Notes: generated from the letters alone by a model not told the origin. A stretch of DNA of 64,000 bases from Candidatus Kerfeldbacteria bacterium (GCA_016193315.1 JACPSJ010000005.1:68-64067); one strand, 5' to 3'. Counted from the first letter of the stretch, positions 50,961 to 61,684 are shown. Program-made: numbers and translations.

Positions 50961-52143
50961 CGAATCGTCGCTTACCAACCTGGAGAACGGCTCCTTCCTC
51001 AGCGACAACCGTGGCCTCCCAATCGGTAATCGGGTGCTGATTGATTTTTACGCCACCCTGCTCGATCAGGCGACGTGCCTCCGACCGGCTACTGGCTAAC
51101 TGGTGGCTGACGAGCAGGTTAATCAGCGGGTGGCGGCCGGGACGAACGGTGACCGTCGGCATCTGTCGTGGGATTTTCTTGTGCCGGAAGACCTCCGTAA
51201 ACTCTTCGGCTGCTTGGGCGGCGGCCGATCGGCCATAATAGAGTGACACGATGGCGCTCGCCAGTCGACTCTTCAGGTCGCGACGGCTTAGGTCGTGGCG
51301 ACGGAGGCTGCGTTTGGCGGCCGCCACCTCGTCGGTGGACGCCGCCGTGGCTAATTCGAAGTAGTGGACGATGAGCTTGTCTGGTAACGACATTACCTTG
51401 CCGAACATCTCGGCTGGTGAATCTTCGATGGCAATAGTATTACCGATACTTTTGCTCATCTTGTGCTTTCCGTCGGTCCCGATCAGGTAGGGGGTGAGTA
51501 TGATGTCTTGCGGTTCTTGGCCATAGGCCGTTTGGATATCCCGCCCGGCCAGGAGATTAAATTTCTGGTCAAGCCCGCCGATCTCAACGTCGGCCTTGAC
51601 CATGACTGAGTCGTATCCTTGGAGCAGGGGGTAGACGGTTTCCAGTAGGCTGAGTGGGGTCTGGCTCGTGACCCGCTGACGAAAGGTGTCGTGGGCCAAG
51701 ACCTGCTGAACCGAGAACTGACTGAGCAGCCGGAGGAAGTCTTGGCTGGCCAGGTGGTCAAACCACTCGCTGTTGTAATGAATTTCCGCTCGGCGGACAT
51801 CAACAATTCGGCCAACCTGCTTCAGGTAGCTGGCGGCGAATCGATGGATGGTATCCACGTTCAGCGCCGGTCGCTGTCGGTCGCGACCGCTCGGATCGCC
51901 GACGCGGGCGGTGAAGTCGCCGATAATAATCACCGCCCGATGGCCGGCTCGTTGCCAGTCGCGGAGCTGGCGGAGTGGCAGGGCGTGTCCGAGGTGCAAC
52001 TGGTGACTAGTGGGGTCGATCCCGTGCTTGACGCGGAGCGGTCGGTGTCGGCGGAGTTTCTGTTCGAGGCGACGACGATCGATAATCTCGGCCACGCCGC
52101 GAGTAAGAAGTTCGTTTTCGGTGCTGCTCGCGGACGAAGTCAT
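50938..52143 (-). CDS. tyrS: tyrosine-tRNA ligase with S4 domain
   Basis: HLGH and KMSKS motifs; start at MTSSAS assumed. Confidence 0.8.
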   Translation of the reverse strand: MTSSASSTENELLTRGVAEIIDRRRLEQKLRRHRPLRVKHGIDPTSHQLHLGHALPLRQLRDWQRAGHRAVIIIGDFTARVGDPSGRDRQRPALNVDTIHRFAASYLKQVGRIVDVRRAEIHYNSEWFDHLASQDFLRLLSQFSVQQVLAHDTFRQRVTSQTPLSLLETVYPLLQGYDSVMVKADVEIGGLDQKFNLLAGRDIQTAYGQEPQDIILTPYLIGTDGKHKMSKSIGNTIAIEDSPAEMFGKVMSLPDKLIVHYFELATAASTDEVAAAKRSLRRHDLSRRDLKSRLASAIVSLYYGRSAAAQAAEEFTEVFRHKKIPRQMPTVTVRPGRHPLINLLVSHQLASSRSEARRLIEQGGVKINQHPITDWEATVVAEEGAVLQVGKRRFVKISLTE

Positions 52144-52192
52144 AACCACCTTGAAAGTATACCAAAGAAACGGTACCATAGACAGCGCTTCT

Positions 52193-55069
52193 ATGACGAT
52201 CTTCACCCCGCGGCCACCCCGTCCGGGCCCATCTCCGACACCGCGCCGAGCGGGACCATCTAACGCCAGCTTGCCGCCGCGAGCGTTCCCTGGCCGGCGG
52301 CCGCCGGGTCGTGGCCGGTGGAAGCGGCGCTTGCTTCTGTCCGTCATAATCGCTGGCCTGTTAGGAATCATCACCACTGTCGGCGTCGTGGCCTGGGTGT
52401 CACAGGACTTGCCTGACCCGAACCGGCTCAACGCCAGATCGGTAGCACAAAGCACAAAAATATACGCCCGTGACGGCACGACATTGTTGTACGAAATCCA
52501 CGGCGAGCAGCGTCGGACATTGGTTGAGTTGTCGGGTATCGGTCAATACACCAAACAGGCCACGCTGAGTATCGAAGACAAAGACTTCTACCGCCACCGC
52601 GGGGTGTCCTTGCGCGGGATTCTCCGGGCTCTGTTTGTTGATATCACCTCGGGCCGTAAGGCCCAGGGTGGTTCGACGATCACTCAGCAGCTGGTAAAAA
52701 ATTCCATCCTCACTCGCGAAAAGACCCTGACCAGAAAGGTGAAGGAAGTTATCTTGGCGTATCAAATCGAGCGCCGCTTCACCAAAGATCAGATCCTGAA
52801 GCTCTACTTCAATGAAATACCCTACGGCTCCAGCGCCTACGGCATTGAGGCTGCGGCCCAGACTTACTTCAACAAGCACGCGCAAGACCTCGACCTGGCC
52901 GAGAGTGCCATGTTATCGGCCATGGTCCGAGCCCCGACCTACTACTCACCGACTGGAAACCACCCTGATGAATTAGTGGCCCGTTGGCGGTACGTCCTGG
53001 ACGCTATGGCCCGCGCTGGGGCGGTTACAAAAGATCAGGCCGCGGAAGCTAAGAACGTTGATATCCTCCGTCGGGTTTCGCCCACCCGCGATCGGGTTTT
53101 AGCCCCCCACTTCGTCTTTTATGTCCGCGATATCCTGGAACAAAAATACGGGACGGCGACCGTGGAGCGTGCTGGTCTGCGGGTGGTCACGACGCTCGAC
53201 CCAGAACTGCAACGGATCGCCGAAGAAGAGGTGGCGGCCGGGGCCGAGCGGAACGAGGCTCGCTACCGGGCCACTAATGCCGCGCTGGTGGCGATCGAGC
53301 CGTCCTCCGGCCAAGTCATGGCCATGGTTGGCTCCCGGAACTTCTTTGATCTTGAGCGCGACGGAAACTTTAATGTCGCCACCGCCCTGCGCAATCCCGG
53401 CTCATCGTTCAAGCCGGTTGTTTACATGACCGCCTTTCTCAAGGGCTACACGCCGGAGACGACGCTCTTCGATCTGAAGACGAACTTTGGTCCGGACGGC
53501 TCAGGCCGTGACTTCTCGCCCAACAACTACGATGGCAAGGAGCATGGGCCGCTAACAATGCGCCAAACGTTGGCTGGTTCGCTCAACATCCCGGCCGTCA
53601 AGACGCTCTACTTGGCCGGTATCCCGGCCACCGTGGATGTTGCTAACAAGCTCGGGTATACGACTTTTGATCCACAACGCTTAGGTCTAGCCTTGGCGAT
53701 TGGCGGCGGGGCGGTCCGGTTGCTCGAACACGCCGCCGCCTTCGCCGTCCTGGCCAACGATGGCGTGCGCAATCCAACCACCCCGCTGCTGCGGATTGAG
53801 GACGCCCGCGGTAAGATTCTCGAACTCTACCAACACAAGGATGTTCGGGTCTTACCTGAACAGCCGGTTAGGCAAGTGGTCAGCATCATGTCTGATAACG
53901 CCGCTCGCTCTTTCATCTTCGGCTCCCGTAGCCCGCTCATTCTGCCCGACCGCCCGGTGGCGACCAAGACTGGTACGACCAATGATTTCCGCGATGCCTG
54001 GACGGTCGGCTTTGCTCCCCAGCTGGCAGCTGGCGTCTGGGTTGGTAACAACAATAATGAACCGATGCGCTCCGGTTCCGACGGCGTGATTGTGGCGGCG
54101 CCGATCTGGCACGAATTCATGCGTCGCGCATTGGCTGGTGACCCAGTTACTCCCTTCCCGCGACCCCGACCGAGCGACGCTAATAAGCCGGTTCTCCGCG
54201 GCCAGCTCGCGACCGAGGTCCCGATTGTGATCGACACGGTGACTGGTCGGCAGATTCCGCCGGAATGTCTGGACCGCTGGCCAAGAGAATTCACGCGCCA
54301 CCGCTTTGTCCGCGAGGTCCACACTATCCTTCATTATCTCAACCGAGACGATCCACGCGGTCCGGCCCCAGCCGACCCGACGAGGGACTCAATGTATCGC
54401 CGCTGGGAAGAGCCGGTCCGGACCTGGGCCGAGAGGAACCGCTACGTCGTCACCGCCCCGCCGCTGGAGCGCTGTACGCTCCGTGTTAGCAACAGCCAAA
54501 CGTCGATCGCTATCTCCAGCCCCGAATCGAACGAAACCGTGACGCACGCCAAGCTGGCGGTTAAGGTCACTGTCCGGTCCAACACCGCCGTGGAGGCAGT
54601 CAAGTACTACCTCGACGATGAGTTACTAATGACCAGCACCAAGGCGCCGTACGGCGTCACCTTGGACCTCAGTGGCGTGGCCAATGGTTTTCGGGCGCTG
54701 CGGGCAGAGCTGGTGGCCGAGGACCGTACGGTCTCTGCTTCAGTCTCGATCAATGTTCTGTCCAACCAGTCAGTAGCCGCCCTGTACTTTGTCGATCCTG
54801 CGCCGCAGGTCGTCGTGCGCGTCGCCGACTTCCCCCGCCAGGTTCGAGTCTTTGCCTACGACCCAGCCGGCATCGACCGTTTAACGCTCTATCTGCGGCG
54901 ACCGGATGGCGTGGCCACTGAACTTGATTCTGTTTCGCTCCCCGCCGGGGCAAATCACGTGCTCTCGTGGCCAACCACTGAACCTGGTTCATACTCTCTC
55001 TACCTGACTGTCAAAAGTAAGTCCGGACAAGTTACCCAGAGCGACCTGCTGCCGGTTTCTGTTACCTAG
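52193..55069 (+). CDS. PBP1A-family bifunctional transglycosylase/transpeptidase with C-terminal extension
   Basis: GT51 motifs (EDKDFYRHRG, RKVKE), transpeptidase SxxK/SxN/KTG. Confidence 0.85.
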   Translation: MTIFTPRPPRPGPSPTPRRAGPSNASLPPRAFPGRRPPGRGRWKRRLLLSVIIAGLLGIITTVGVVAWVSQDLPDPNRLNARSVAQSTKIYARDGTTLLYEIHGEQRRTLVELSGIGQYTKQATLSIEDKDFYRHRGVSLRGILRALFVDITSGRKAQGGSTITQQLVKNSILTREKTLTRKVKEVILAYQIERRFTKDQILKLYFNEIPYGSSAYGIEAAAQTYFNKHAQDLDLAESAMLSAMVRAPTYYSPTGNHPDELVARWRYVLDAMARAGAVTKDQAAEAKNVDILRRVSPTRDRVLAPHFVFYVRDILEQKYGTATVERAGLRVVTTLDPELQRIAEEEVAAGAERNEARYRATNAALVAIEPSSGQVMAMVGSRNFFDLERDGNFNVATALRNPGSSFKPVVYMTAFLKGYTPETTLFDLKTNFGPDGSGRDFSPNNYDGKEHGPLTMRQTLAGSLNIPAVKTLYLAGIPATVDVANKLGYTTFDPQRLGLALAIGGGAVRLLEHAAAFAVLANDGVRNPTTPLLRIEDARGKILELYQHKDVRVLPEQPVRQVVSIMSDNAARSFIFGSRSPLILPDRPVATKTGTTNDFRDAWTVGFAPQLAAGVWVGNNNNEPMRSGSDGVIVAAPIWHEFMRRALAGDPVTPFPRPRPSDANKPVLRGQLATEVPIVIDTVTGRQIPPECLDRWPREFTRHRFVREVHTILHYLNRDDPRGPAPADPTRDSMYRRWEEPVRTWAERNRYVVTAPPLERCTLRVSNSQTSIAISSPESNETVTHAKLAVKVTVRSNTAVEAVKYYLDDELLMTSTKAPYGVTLDLSGVANGFRALRAELVAEDRTVSASVSINVLSNQSVAALYFVDPAPQVVVRVADFPRQVRVFAYDPAGIDRLTLYLRRPDGVATELDSVSLPAGANHVLSWPTTEPGSYSLYLTVKSKSGQVTQSDLLPVSVT

Positions 55070-55377
55070 CCCTGCCGGGTGACGATGCGATTGATGGTCG
55101 GTGGTGAACCGAGCGCTAACGACAATCGTCGGTTTGCGCGGTCGATAATCTCCGGCTGGTACATCTGGATAAAGCCGGCAATTGCTCCGTGACTGACGCG
55201 GACCACAACCGTACCATGCTTGAATGAAATGGCTTTGGCCTGATCCCGGTGTGGTCGCAGGACGGACGCTAGGGCCTCGTTGACGGCGCCCAACACCGCG
55301 GTGGCGAACCGCTCATGTCCGGCCGTTTCGTCTCTTGTCAGCCGACCAAGGATGCGGCTGATCGGTTCCAGGGTCAC
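55066..55377 (-). CDS. DUF721-like protein downstream of dnaN
   Basis: Position and size typical of DUF721 following dnaN. Confidence 0.5.
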   Translation of the reverse strand: MTLEPISRILGRLTRDETAGHERFATAVLGAVNEALASVLRPHRDQAKAISFKHGTVVVRVSHGAIAGFIQMYQPEIIDRANRRLSLALGSPPTINRIVTRQG

Positions 55378-56498
55378 TGCCGAATCGGCATCAGCAGGTA
55401 GAGTTCGTCGCGGCGTGACGGCCCGCGGATAACACCCGGGGCCTGGCTGTCGGTCAGCTCAAGGATGACCTCTTCGTCCGCGATGCTTTGCAACCCCTCG
55501 AGTAGGTAGCGATAGTTAAAAACGATGGTGTTGTCCTGACCCTCAACCTTAGTCTCGAGGCGGGCTTCGTGTTCGCCGAGCTGTGCGTTTGCGGCTTGGA
55601 GCACCAGTTGTTGTCGGCCCGAATCGACGCGGATGGTGAGGTCGTTTATTCCGGGTTTACAAAACAGGCTGGCGGCACGAATATTCGTGACCAGCGCCTC
55701 GCGTCCGATCGTCATCTTTGTTTGCCATTGCTGCGGGATGATTTGCTGGTAGTCTGGATACCGGCCTTCGATCAGGCGAGTTACGATCTCGGTCTCGCCG
55801 AGTCGGACGAGGGCTTGATTGTCGCCGATGGTCATGGTTATCTCCGCTTCGTCTGGAGACAGGAGGCGCAACAATTCTTGGGCCGCCCGGGCGGGAATAA
55901 TAATCTCTCGCTTCGCCGACACGGGCTGTGTAATTTCGGCTCGTCGTTCGGCTAGACGATAGCTGTCGGTCGCGGCCAAGACGAGACTCAAGCCCTCGAG
56001 CGCTAGATAGACGCCGGAAATCTCTGGTCGCGATTCGTCGTTGGCCGCCGCAAAGAGCACGCCTTCGAGACCACGCTGGATCAGACGGCTGGCGGCTGCT
56101 GTCATTACGCCGTCGGCGACGTTCGGGAGTACAGGAAATTCATCGGCGCTGATACCTTTCATAGTCGTGCGGGTGTGTCCCGAGACGACGGTCAAGCCGC
56201 TGGCCGATAATTCGCATGTTACCCGTTCGTGTTCGAGAAGGTTAACAAAATCTGTCAGCAGGCGTGACTGGACGGTGTATCGACCAGGCTGTTCGACCTT
56301 GCCTCGAATATGGGCGGTGATGCCGAGTTCCAGATTGGTTGTTTGTAGGATGATCCCTTTTGGTTCGGCTTGAATCAATACATTGTTGAGGATTGGAAGA
56401 GCTAGGTTCTTGCTGGCTGCACGGTTCACAATTTGCAACCCCCGCGCCAGGTTCTCTTGGGTACAAATAAATTTCATAATAATCCTTGGTGGTAACAA
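55374..56498 (-). CDS. dnaN: DNA polymerase III beta sliding clamp
   Basis: MKFICTQENLARGLQIVNRAASKNLALPILNNVLI. Confidence 0.9.
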   Translation of the reverse strand: MLPPRIIMKFICTQENLARGLQIVNRAASKNLALPILNNVLIQAEPKGIILQTTNLELGITAHIRGKVEQPGRYTVQSRLLTDFVNLLEHERVTCELSASGLTVVSGHTRTTMKGISADEFPVLPNVADGVMTAAASRLIQRGLEGVLFAAANDESRPEISGVYLALEGLSLVLAATDSYRLAERRAEITQPVSAKREIIIPARAAQELLRLLSPDEAEITMTIGDNQALVRLGETEIVTRLIEGRYPDYQQIIPQQWQTKMTIGREALVTNIRAASLFCKPGINDLTIRVDSGRQQLVLQAANAQLGEHEARLETKVEGQDNTIVFNYRYLLEGLQSIADEEVILELTDSQAPGVIRGPSRRDELYLLMPIRQ

Positions 56499-56726
56499 TA
56501 AGGGCTGTGGACGGAGTGGACAACCCCACCAACCCGTCTGGCTAGGGCCTCAAGAGAAAGGTACTCAACCGAAACCCTGTGGGCAAGAACCGCACGCCCT
56601 GTCGATAGATAATCAAGCACTAACTGCGCCGCCGAAACCACTCCACTGTTTATTAAGAATGCATTCAGGCGGCACCCAACGCTATTCCCCACCACCGACC
56701 GACTTATCCCGCCCCCATCCTCATCA

Positions 56727-58109
56727 TTAACCAACATAGAGTCGCTGTTTAATCATGGCGATGTCTTGTTTTAACTTTTCGTCGCGCCCGAGCTGATCGG
56801 TAATTTTCGTGCAGGCGTGCATGGCGGTAGTGTGGTCTCGCCCACCCAACTCGTGGCCGATGGAGGGGTAGGAGGAGCGCAGCTCTTCACGGAGCAGAAA
56901 CATCGCGATCTGACGCGGTTCCACCAGCTCCTTCTTACGGCTGGCGCCGACCAAATCGTCGATACGGAGGTCAAAAAAGGTGGCCACTGTCTGGACTAAC
57001 TGTTTTGGCGTGATGCCGCCGCGGCGCGGGGCGTGGACCAATGAACCCAGGATCGCCCGGGCACTTTCAATTGTCGGAGCGGTCCGGTTGAGACCGTGAT
57101 ACGCCAGCAGGCGGTTGAGGGCACCCTCAAGCTCGCGAATATTGCTCTGGACCACCGAAGCAATGTATGAAACAATCTCTTGGTTCAGCGTCGCCTGTCG
57201 TTCGCGGCACTTTGCTTCGAGGATGGCAATCCTGGTTTCGAGGTCTGGTTGGGCGATATCGGCGATCATCCCCCACTCGAAACGAGACAGCAGTCGGGCC
57301 TCCAAAGAGGCGATCGACTTTGGTGGTCGATCAGAGGTAATGACTATTTGTTTATTCGCTTGATGGAGAGCATTGAAGGTGTGGAAGAACTCTTCCTGCG
57401 TGCCCTCCTTGCCCGACAGAAACTGAATGTCGTCGATCAGGAGCGCATCAACGCCACGGTAGTAGTTTTTAAACTTTTCGGCGCTGCCTCGTGAGACCGC
57501 CTGGATGAATTCATTGGTGAACCGTTCGGACGAGACGTAAAGAACCTTTTTATGCGGCTCGCGGCCGAGAATTTCTTGACCGATAGCCTGGATGAGGTGT
57601 GTCTTTCCCAAACCGACGCCACCGTAAATAAAGAGCGGGTTGTAGACCCGCCCCGGTTTATCCGCCACCGCCTTGGCGGCTGCCCGCGCCAGCTCGTTTC
57701 CCTTACCAACCACGAACAGGCCAAAGGTGTATTTAGGATCGAGCCCAGTGCGGGCCAGCAGCTCACGGTCGGGGGCGGTTTCAGCCCGCGCCGGCCGGCC
57801 GGTTGACGCGGTGGCCGCGGCCAACGTCTCAGCCGCCCGCTGGCGGAGCTCAACGCGGTACTCGACAACCTCAACGGCCTTGTTGCTGGCGCTGTGGAGG
57901 GCCCGAAGAATAGCCTGATGGTATTTTGATTCTAACCAGGCCTTCGTGAATCCATTCGGCACGCCAACAACCACCCGACGGCCGTCGTAATCAATAACGA
58001 ATGTATTTTTGAACCAGGTGGTGAAATTGGCCTTACTCAGCAGGAGCTCCAACTCTCCTAAAGCCGCACGCCACAACTGCTCATTGGTCATCATAATTAG
58101 AGAGACCAA
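56727..58109 (-). CDS. dnaA: chromosomal replication initiator DnaA
   Basis: AAA+ Walker A GGVGLGKTHL, C-terminal DNA-binding domain. Confidence 0.9.
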   Translation of the reverse strand: MVSLIMMTNEQLWRAALGELELLLSKANFTTWFKNTFVIDYDGRRVVVGVPNGFTKAWLESKYHQAILRALHSASNKAVEVVEYRVELRQRAAETLAAATASTGRPARAETAPDRELLARTGLDPKYTFGLFVVGKGNELARAAAKAVADKPGRVYNPLFIYGGVGLGKTHLIQAIGQEILGREPHKKVLYVSSERFTNEFIQAVSRGSAEKFKNYYRGVDALLIDDIQFLSGKEGTQEEFFHTFNALHQANKQIVITSDRPPKSIASLEARLLSRFEWGMIADIAQPDLETRIAILEAKCRERQATLNQEIVSYIASVVQSNIRELEGALNRLLAYHGLNRTAPTIESARAILGSLVHAPRRGGITPKQLVQTVATFFDLRIDDLVGASRKKELVEPRQIAMFLLREELRSSYPSIGHELGGRDHTTAMHACTKITDQLGRDEKLKQDIAMIKQRLYVG

Positions 58110-58284
58110 TCAAAGCCCAAGGAGTTCATAATAGCACAATGTGAATGACCCAAAAATCGCTTACCTTAGCCAAAAAGTTAATATCCTGTGGATAACTTGT
58201 GTAGTGAATAATACCCCCTCCTCCAATCCCCCACAAAGGTTTGACCCAGTTGCCTAGCGCCTGATACACTGACCAAGCTCTGCT
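58110..58284. promoter_or_regulatory. candidate oriC segment with perfect DnaA box TGTGGATAA (58187-58195)
   Basis: AT-rich spacer between rpmH and dnaA; consensus DnaA box. Confidence 0.5.
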
Positions 58285-58422
58285 ATGCCAAAACGCACGT
58301 ACCAGCCGAAGAAAAGACGCCGATTGAGAGTCCACGGCTGGCGCCGCCGCCAACGTTCCCCCGGCGGCCGCCAGGTACTGCGACGGCGACGCAGCAAGCG
58401 CCGGCACCGCCTGTCGATCTAG
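58285..58422 (+). CDS. rpmH: 50S ribosomal protein L34
   Basis: [19 protein letters not shown]... Confidence 0.85.
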   Translation: MPKRTYQPKKRRRLRVHGWRRRQRSPGGRQVLRRRRSKRRHRLSI

Positions 58423-58425
58423 CCA

Positions 58426-58773
58426 ATGCTCCCACGGTCGAGGCGACTCTACACGGAGCGTCAGCTCCGAACCGTCCTCCGTACCGGCCGGACGACCCGC
58501 GGTCAACACCTCGTCATCCGTTGGAAGGCCAACCACCTGTCCCGCCACCGCTTTGGGTTCATTGTCGGGCGTCGGTCGGCCCGGCGGGCCGTGGATCGTA
58601 ACTCTCTAAAACGGCGTCTCCGCCACGCGGCCTCCACGGTGGTGGCCGGTCCGCCGCACGCTGACGTCGTGGTGACGGTCCAACCCACTGCCATCGCCCA
58701 GCCGCCCCACCAATTGACCGAGGAATTCCATCGTCTCTGCCGCTATGCCCTTCGCCCAACGTCTCGTCGTTAA
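58426..58773 (+). CDS. rnpA: RNase P protein component
   Basis: Basic 115-aa protein immediately after rpmH. Confidence 0.8.
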   Translation: MLPRSRRLYTERQLRTVLRTGRTTRGQHLVIRWKANHLSRHRFGFIVGRRSARRAVDRNSLKRRLRHAASTVVAGPPHADVVVTVQPTAIAQPPHQLTEEFHRLCRYALRPTSRR

Positions 58774-58996
58774 CGTCATTCGCCTCTACCAACGAACGGT
58801 CTCGCCAGACCATGGTTGGTGGCGTAATCGTTACCCGCTCGGTTGGTGCCGATATTACCCGAGCTGTTCCGAGTATGGGCGGCAGGCGATCGTGCGCTTC
58901 GGTCTGCGACGCGGCGTCCTACTCAGCCTGCGCCGGCTGGTTCGCTGTCATCCTTGGAGCCCGGGCGGACTTGATCCGTTGGCGCCACGACCGTGA
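58745..58996 (+). CDS. yidD: membrane protein insertion efficiency factor YidD
   Basis: CRYYPSCSEYG. Confidence 0.8.
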   Translation: MPFAQRLVVNVIRLYQRTVSPDHGWWRNRYPLGWCRYYPSCSEYGRQAIVRFGLRRGVLLSLRRLVRCHPWSPGGLDPLAPRP

Positions 58997-59775
58997 ACGT
59001 CTTTACCACCTTCATCTACCAACCAATTTTCAACGCCCTGCTTTTTATTCACAAGACATTGCCCGGCGGCGACCTCGGCCTAGCCATTATCGTGATCACC
59101 GCCCTGATCAAGCTCATTCTTTACAGCCCGTCATTAGCCGCCATCCGCGCCTCGCGGCAGCTGGCCGGACTGCAACCACAGTTGAAGGAACTACAAGAAC
59201 GGTACAAGAACGACCGGTCACGGCTGGCCGAGGAACAAATGAAGCTGTACCGCCAAAGCAAGGTCAACCCGCTCTCTTCGTGCCTGCCAGCGCTGGTTCA
59301 GATTCCCATTCTGTACGCGCTGTTCCTGGTCTTTTTTAAGGGACTGCAGGTCGACAGCCAGGGGCTGATCGTCGGCGAGCAGCTGCAGCTCATCTACTCT
59401 GGGTGGCGGGAGTACTATGCCACCACCCCGCTCAACGCCACCTTCCTGAACTTCGTTGATTTAGCCAAGAACCACAACCTCGTCTTGTCAGTATTGGCGG
59501 GCGCCACTCAGTTCTGGCAGACAAAGATGTTGGTCGCGCCGAAGGAACCGAAGGTGCCGGGCGCCAAAGATGAGGCCCTGACCAGCACCATGAATCGCCA
59601 AATGACCTATATTTTTCCGGCCGTCACCGTCTACATCGCCTACACATTTCCGGCCGGCCTAGCGCTCTACTGGACGGCCTCGACGCTCTTCACGGTCGGC
59701 CAGCAATACCTTTTTCTGCGCCGCCATCCGCTACGACCGGCGCCATCACCGCCCGACCATGAGCCAACCGCTTAG
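58993..59775 (+). CDS. yidC: membrane protein insertase YidC (short form)
   Basis: YidC/Oxa1 core TM pattern. Confidence 0.85.
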   Translation: MNVFTTFIYQPIFNALLFIHKTLPGGDLGLAIIVITALIKLILYSPSLAAIRASRQLAGLQPQLKELQERYKNDRSRLAEEQMKLYRQSKVNPLSSCLPALVQIPILYALFLVFFKGLQVDSQGLIVGEQLQLIYSGWREYYATTPLNATFLNFVDLAKNHNLVLSVLAGATQFWQTKMLVAPKEPKVPGAKDEALTSTMNRQMTYIFPAVTVYIAYTFPAGLALYWTASTLFTVGQQYLFLRRHPLRPAPSPPDHEPTA

Positions 59776-60022
59776 TCCGCTCCGCCGACCAGTCAGAACC
59801 GAATCCGGCCGCTATCTCGGGCACGTGGTTGACGTCACAGTCGAGCCCGACACGCAGGCTATCGTGACCTACCATGTCAAGCCGAGCCGGCTCGTTCCAG
59901 ACGTGGTCAGCACACCCCTCATCATCCACCGCAGCCAAGTGATCGAGCTGAACGACCGCGAGTTGATCGTTGAAGACGCCGCGCAAAAAGAATCGGCGGC
60001 CATGGCGGCCTCGAACGCCTAG
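59759..60022 (+). CDS. hypothetical protein (PRC-barrel-like?)
   Basis: 87-aa ORF following yidC. Confidence 0.35.
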   Translation: MSQPLSPLRRPVRTESGRYLGHVVDVTVEPDTQAIVTYHVKPSRLVPDVVSTPLIIHRSQVIELNDRELIVEDAAQKESAAMAASNA

Positions 60023-60515
60023 GCGACGAACGCCACAGCCGGGCTAGCCGGCCATGGTAGGCATGAGACAGGCTGATCCTCAGTCTTGGGCCGAACGGGC
60101 GCCAAGGCAAACGTTCCGGCCACTCAATAATCACCAATGTCGATCGGTCGCGGAGCGCCTCGGGGAGACCGAGTGGCCCAACCTCATTGGCGTGCCGCAG
60201 TCGATAAGCGTCGCAATGAACAACTTGTCGCCAGCCGCGATGAGGACGATGGATTTTTAGCAAGGCGAAGGTCGGGCTGGTGATCCTGGCCCGAACACCG
60301 AGCGCGCGGAGAGCACCACGGACGAGCGTCGTTTTCCCACTCCCGAGTGGTCCGCGGACTAACCACAGCCGAACCGATCGATCGCGAGCCAACCAACGAC
60401 CAAGCCTGGCCGTGGCCGCAGCAGATGGCAAGCGTATTGACAGCCGGTCAGGGGCCTGGTAAGCTCCGGTATTCTTTTTTCCACTCGCCATTGTCGTCGC
60501 TTCGTCTTTAACCAT
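59922..60515 (-). CDS. tsaE: tRNA threonylcarbamoyladenosine biosynthesis ATPase TsaE
   Basis: LVRGPLGSGKTTLVRG...SPTFAL...HCDAYRL. Confidence 0.7.
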   Translation of the reverse strand: MVKDEATTMASGKKNTGAYQAPDRLSIRLPSAAATARLGRWLARDRSVRLWLVRGPLGSGKTTLVRGALRALGVRARITSPTFALLKIHRPHRGWRQVVHCDAYRLRHANEVGPLGLPEALRDRSTLVIIEWPERLPWRPFGPRLRISLSHAYHGRLARLWRSSPRRSRPPWPPILFARRLQRSTRGRSARSLGCGG

Positions 60516-61650
60516 GGAACTCCAGCCTTTCGAACAAGCCGCTGCGCTCCTCCAGCACAGCCGGAACCCACTTATTATTATACCAGAACAACCCTCGACG
60601 GATGCCATCGCCGGGGCCCTCGGCCTGCTCTTGATGTTAGAAAAGATGGGCCAGAATGCAAAAGTTGTCAGTCCCCGCTTCACGTTGCCGCCAGACCACT
60701 CGTTCCTCCCAAAAAGCCATGCCATCGAGCAGCAGCTGACAAACCTGCGCAGCTTCATTATCACTGTCAATCTCGAGCGGGCCCCGGTTGACAGCCTCAG
60801 CTACACTATCGACGGCGACCGTCTCCACCTCTACTTGACACCAAAGCGGGGCTTCTACGACCGTCAGGATGTCAGCACCTCGGCCGGATCCTTCGCCCAC
60901 GACGTGATCGTCACCCTTGATGCGCCCAGCCCCGAACGCCTCGGCGACCTGTACGAAGACAACGCCGAATTTTTTTACCATACACCAATCATCAATATCG
61001 ACCACCACACTACCAACAGCCGGTTCGGGCAAGTCAACCTCGTCGACGTGGTCGCCAACTCGGTGTCGGAGATTATTTTTGAGCTGATCAAGCGCCTCGG
61101 CTTCGAACTGCTCGATGAACAGGTGGCCACCAGCCTGTTGGCCGGGATCATCACCAAAACCAAAGCCTTCCAAAGCCAGGCCGTGACGCCGCGCTCATTA
61201 GCCATTGCCTCCCACTTAGTTTCTTCGGGCGCCCGGCGAGAAGATATCATCCGTGAGCTGTACCAAACAAAATCGATCGCCGGACTGAAACTGTGGGGTC
61301 GGGCCTTATCCCGGCTGCAAACCGATCAGCGCCAGCGGGTGGTTTGGAGTTCGCTGACCAAGGAAGATTTACAGGCCACGGCCACCAAGCCAAACGAAGC
61401 CAGCGGTGTCCTTGACGAACTGATCGTCAATGCCCCCGGGGCGTACTACTACTGCTTGTTCGTCGAAACACCAGCCGGTGTGACCGTCGCCCTAAACCAC
61501 CGACCAGATGCGCCGGTGCCAACTCCCTTTCGTGAGCTGACGCGCCAGACACCGCAGGACCTACGTGGCACCGTGCCCGGCCCACTGGCCGATGTTGAGG
61601 CGCGATTTATCCGCGCGCTGAAAGAGGCGGCCAACAACCAGGGCAGCTGA
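60514..61650 (+). CDS. DHH family phosphoesterase (NrnA-like)
   Basis: IINIDHHTTN DHH motif, DHHA1 region. Confidence 0.75.
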   Translation: MELQPFEQAAALLQHSRNPLIIIPEQPSTDAIAGALGLLLMLEKMGQNAKVVSPRFTLPPDHSFLPKSHAIEQQLTNLRSFIITVNLERAPVDSLSYTIDGDRLHLYLTPKRGFYDRQDVSTSAGSFAHDVIVTLDAPSPERLGDLYEDNAEFFYHTPIINIDHHTTNSRFGQVNLVDVVANSVSEIIFELIKRLGFELLDEQVATSLLAGIITKTKAFQSQAVTPRSLAIASHLVSSGARREDIIRELYQTKSIAGLKLWGRALSRLQTDQRQRVVWSSLTKEDLQATATKPNEASGVLDELIVNAPGAYYYCLFVETPAGVTVALNHRPDAPVPTPFRELTRQTPQDLRGTVPGPLADVEARFIRALKEAANNQGS

Positions 61651-61684
61651 GGAGACCGCCGGTTTTTGCTATACTACGGAGACT

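Noticed and set aside
52144-52479. 112-codon N-terminal extension of the tyrS ORF
   Set aside because: TyrRS homology starts at MTSSAS. The extension overlaps the divergent PBP1A start region.
60516-60770. 85-codon N-terminal extension of the tsaE ORF
   Set aside because: TsaE core (~150-200 aa) begins near 60515-60491. The extension overlaps the divergent DHH gene.
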